From contig NC_017039.1 in the NCBI RefSeq assembly GCF_000284455.1, positions 810,001-842,000 of the forward strand: a stretch of 32,000 nt of DNA, read 5' to 3'. Below the pieces are notes generated by a model. It saw only the letters and a list, made by a program, of their open reading frames with translations. It searched no databases and was not told the origin of the DNA. Below, one piece after another: positions 31,257 through 32,000 of this stretch. Made by a program: the position numbers and the translations under genes. The stretch comes from Synechocystis sp. PCC 6803 substr. PCC-P (GTDB taxonomy: Bacteria; Cyanobacteriota; Cyanobacteriia; Cyanobacteriales; Microcystaceae). The first letter of the stretch is position 1. Each line of letters starts with the position of its first letter.

Positions 31257-31562
31257 TTACACGTCAGGGAAGAGTTGGATGCTGTCCCCTTCCTTGAGGG
31301 TGACAACGGCCCGCTTCACTTGAGCTTTGAAACCCATGAAACGACCAACCCGTTTCTTTCTGCGGGGCATACGGGCAGTATTTACCCCTGTTACTTTGAC
31401 GTCAAACAAAAGTTCGATCGCCGCTTTGATTTCCGGTTTGGTGGCTTCAGGGCGCACATCAAAGACGTATTTGTTGTCTTCGAGTTGTAGCGTGGCCTTT
31501 TCCGTCACAATCGGTTTAATAATTAAGTCCGCCAAACGACGCTGATCAATTACCTTACTCAC
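31257..31562 (-). CDS. rplW: 50S ribosomal protein L23
   Basis: Likely GTG start at 31562: (V/M)[52 protein letters not shown] track extends to 31619 inside rplD. Confidence 0.92.
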   Translation of the reverse strand: MSKVIDQRRLADLIIKPIVTEKATLQLEDNKYVFDVRPEATKPEIKAAIELLFDVKVTGVNTARMPRRKKRVGRFMGFKAQVKRAVVTLKEGDSIQLFPDV

Positions 31563-32000
31563 CGTAAACCTCCTGGATTTTCTCGAGGGCAGTGGCGGTG
31601 GCCACAATGGTGTCTGCAACGAGAACGTCGTAGATATTGAGGTTATCTGCCCGTAAAATTTTCAAATAGGGAATGTTGCGCCCAGAAAGAAAGACATTTT
31701 CTGGAATTTCATCAAGGATCAACAACACCCGTTTTTCTGGTTTGGCACCCCAGCGAGTCAAGGCCGTGGCCAACTCCTTGGTTTTAGGTTGGCTGAATTG
31801 ATCACCAAAGGCTTCCACCACCACCATGTTGTCGGCTCGGGAGGCGATCGCCGTTCTCAGGGCCAAACGACGTTCCTTGCGGTTCATTTTTTGGCTGTAA
31901 TCTCGAGGCTTAGGCCCAAAGATCACACCACCACCCCGCCAGAGGGGAGAACGAATCGAACCAGCCCGGGCCCGCCCCGTACCCTTTTGTTTCCAGGGTT
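31555..32000 (-). CDS. rplD: 50S ribosomal protein L4, N-terminus beyond the window end
   Basis: Frame stays open to position 32000 ([51 protein letters not shown]...). Confidence 0.97.
   Translation of the reverse strand, partial: PWKQKGTGRARAGSIRSPLWRGGGVIFGPKPRDYSQKMNRKERRLALRTAIASRADNMVVVEAFGDQFSQPKTKELATALTRWGAKPEKRVLLILDEIPENVFLSGRNIPYLKILRADNLNIYDVLVADTIVATATALEKIQEVYGE

Overview
This window is almost entirely a cyanobacterial housekeeping chromosome segment. Gene order, protein sequences and frequent GCGATCGC (HIP1) octamers resemble Synechocystis sp. PCC 6803; that strain assignment is inference, because no database was searched. Left part: 3' end of a gltS-type glutamate symporter, a small cyanobacterial conserved protein, a Hik2/CSK-type histidine kinase, a degraded IS200/Y1-like transposase tail, a DUF4269-like nucleotidyltransferase-fold protein, an ABC exporter, a secreted hypothetical, a Uma2-family protein, a TPM-domain protein, transketolase, fabF, acpP, a small secreted hypothetical, a SipA-like protein, a bacterioferritin, an SDR oxidoreductase, rplY and purA. 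Right part (about 16.9-32.0 kb, all minus strand): a very long S10-spc-alpha-type cluster running from rplD (cut by the window end) to rpmE. It includes secY, adk, infA, rpmJ (missing from the ORF track), rpoA, truA, rplM and rpsI. I found no convincing undescribed multigene system, CRISPR array, rRNA or tRNA. The best second-look items are the bacterioferritin that has lost all six di-iron ligands but keeps the heme-ligand Met52, a 39-aa single-TM small ORF absent from the ORF track, the transposase relic beside the DUF4269-like gene, the Hik2-type kinase with Cys19, and a few intergenic inverted repeats.
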